A stretch of DNA of 64,000 nucleotides, from the NCBI RefSeq assembly GCF_009914755.1, contig NC_060932.1. One strand, written 5' to 3'. The position numbers and the translations under genes were made by a program. The notes under the pieces were generated by a model. It was not told where the DNA came from and searched no databases. It saw nothing but the letters and a program-made list of their open reading frames with translations. The DNA is from the human T2T-CHM13v2.0 reference genome, Homo sapiens. Shown in pieces: positions 63,021 to 64,000 of this stretch; the stretch's first letter is position 1, and every line of letters begins with the position of its first letter.

Positions 63021-63182
63021 AATGTTATTTGCAATTTTGGTCAGATTTCACTCTGTAATAGGCAGTATATATTCTAAATATTACCCAGTAATCATTAATG
63101 ACTACAGAAATTAAATAGTAAAATTTTCGTTGAAGTGAATATTGAAAGATACGTTTTATGCACTTTGAGTCATGATTCTTTA

Positions 63183-63656
<474 letters not shown>

Positions 63657-64000
63657 TCATTCCTGTTATGCTGATTATTTAGTCTATGGATTTTCAAAGA
63701 AAGCTGACTTATCGTTGTTCTGATATAATTATATGCAATGATTGTACCTATTTTATGTGATTAAAAATATAAAATATGTCTAAAATATCAATAAACTTTT
63801 AAATTATCTAAAAGAAAAATAACAAGAACAAAACCTCTGCCATTTTAAAAGCTCTACAGTCTGGCTAAGGTAAGAAATGGGTAATTAATTGACAAAAATG
63901 AAATAGTAAGTTATGAGCACAGAAGTTTAAGTGAACTTTAAGAAGTATCGATTTTTGTATTTGTAATGCTTGTTTGAACAGGGCATAGAATATAATGGCT

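Overview
This is primate genomic DNA, human by the AluYb8 diagnostic. It is AT-rich, CpG-poor and dominated by repeats, typical of a gene desert or a very long intron. I recognise no host protein-coding gene. All long ORFs in the track belong to LINE-1 or are chance ORFs in Alu, LTR or low-complexity DNA. Main elements: a full-length but disabled L1PA2/PA3-type element (2061-8091, minus, 10-bp TSD), several truncated L1s, about 14 Alus including a young AluYb8, MaLR/ERV LTRs, DNA-transposon fossils, L2 and MIR. The best lead is the L1 antisense promoter, which points along the + strand. Its ORF0 splice donor has become the consensus CAG|GTGAGT, and several + strand exon-like segments lie downstream (31508-31553, 39845/39895-39971, 50471-50551), so an L1-driven chimeric transcript is possible (inference only). 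Other signals are a perfect ERE palindrome at 29282, locally templated insertions beside (TA)n tracts (25.7-26.0 kb, 35.4 kb), a 358-bp local duplication, a twin-primed L1 inversion and a target site used twice. Repeat subfamily names and old-repeat boundaries are by eye and approximate. I do not see a clearly novel biological system.
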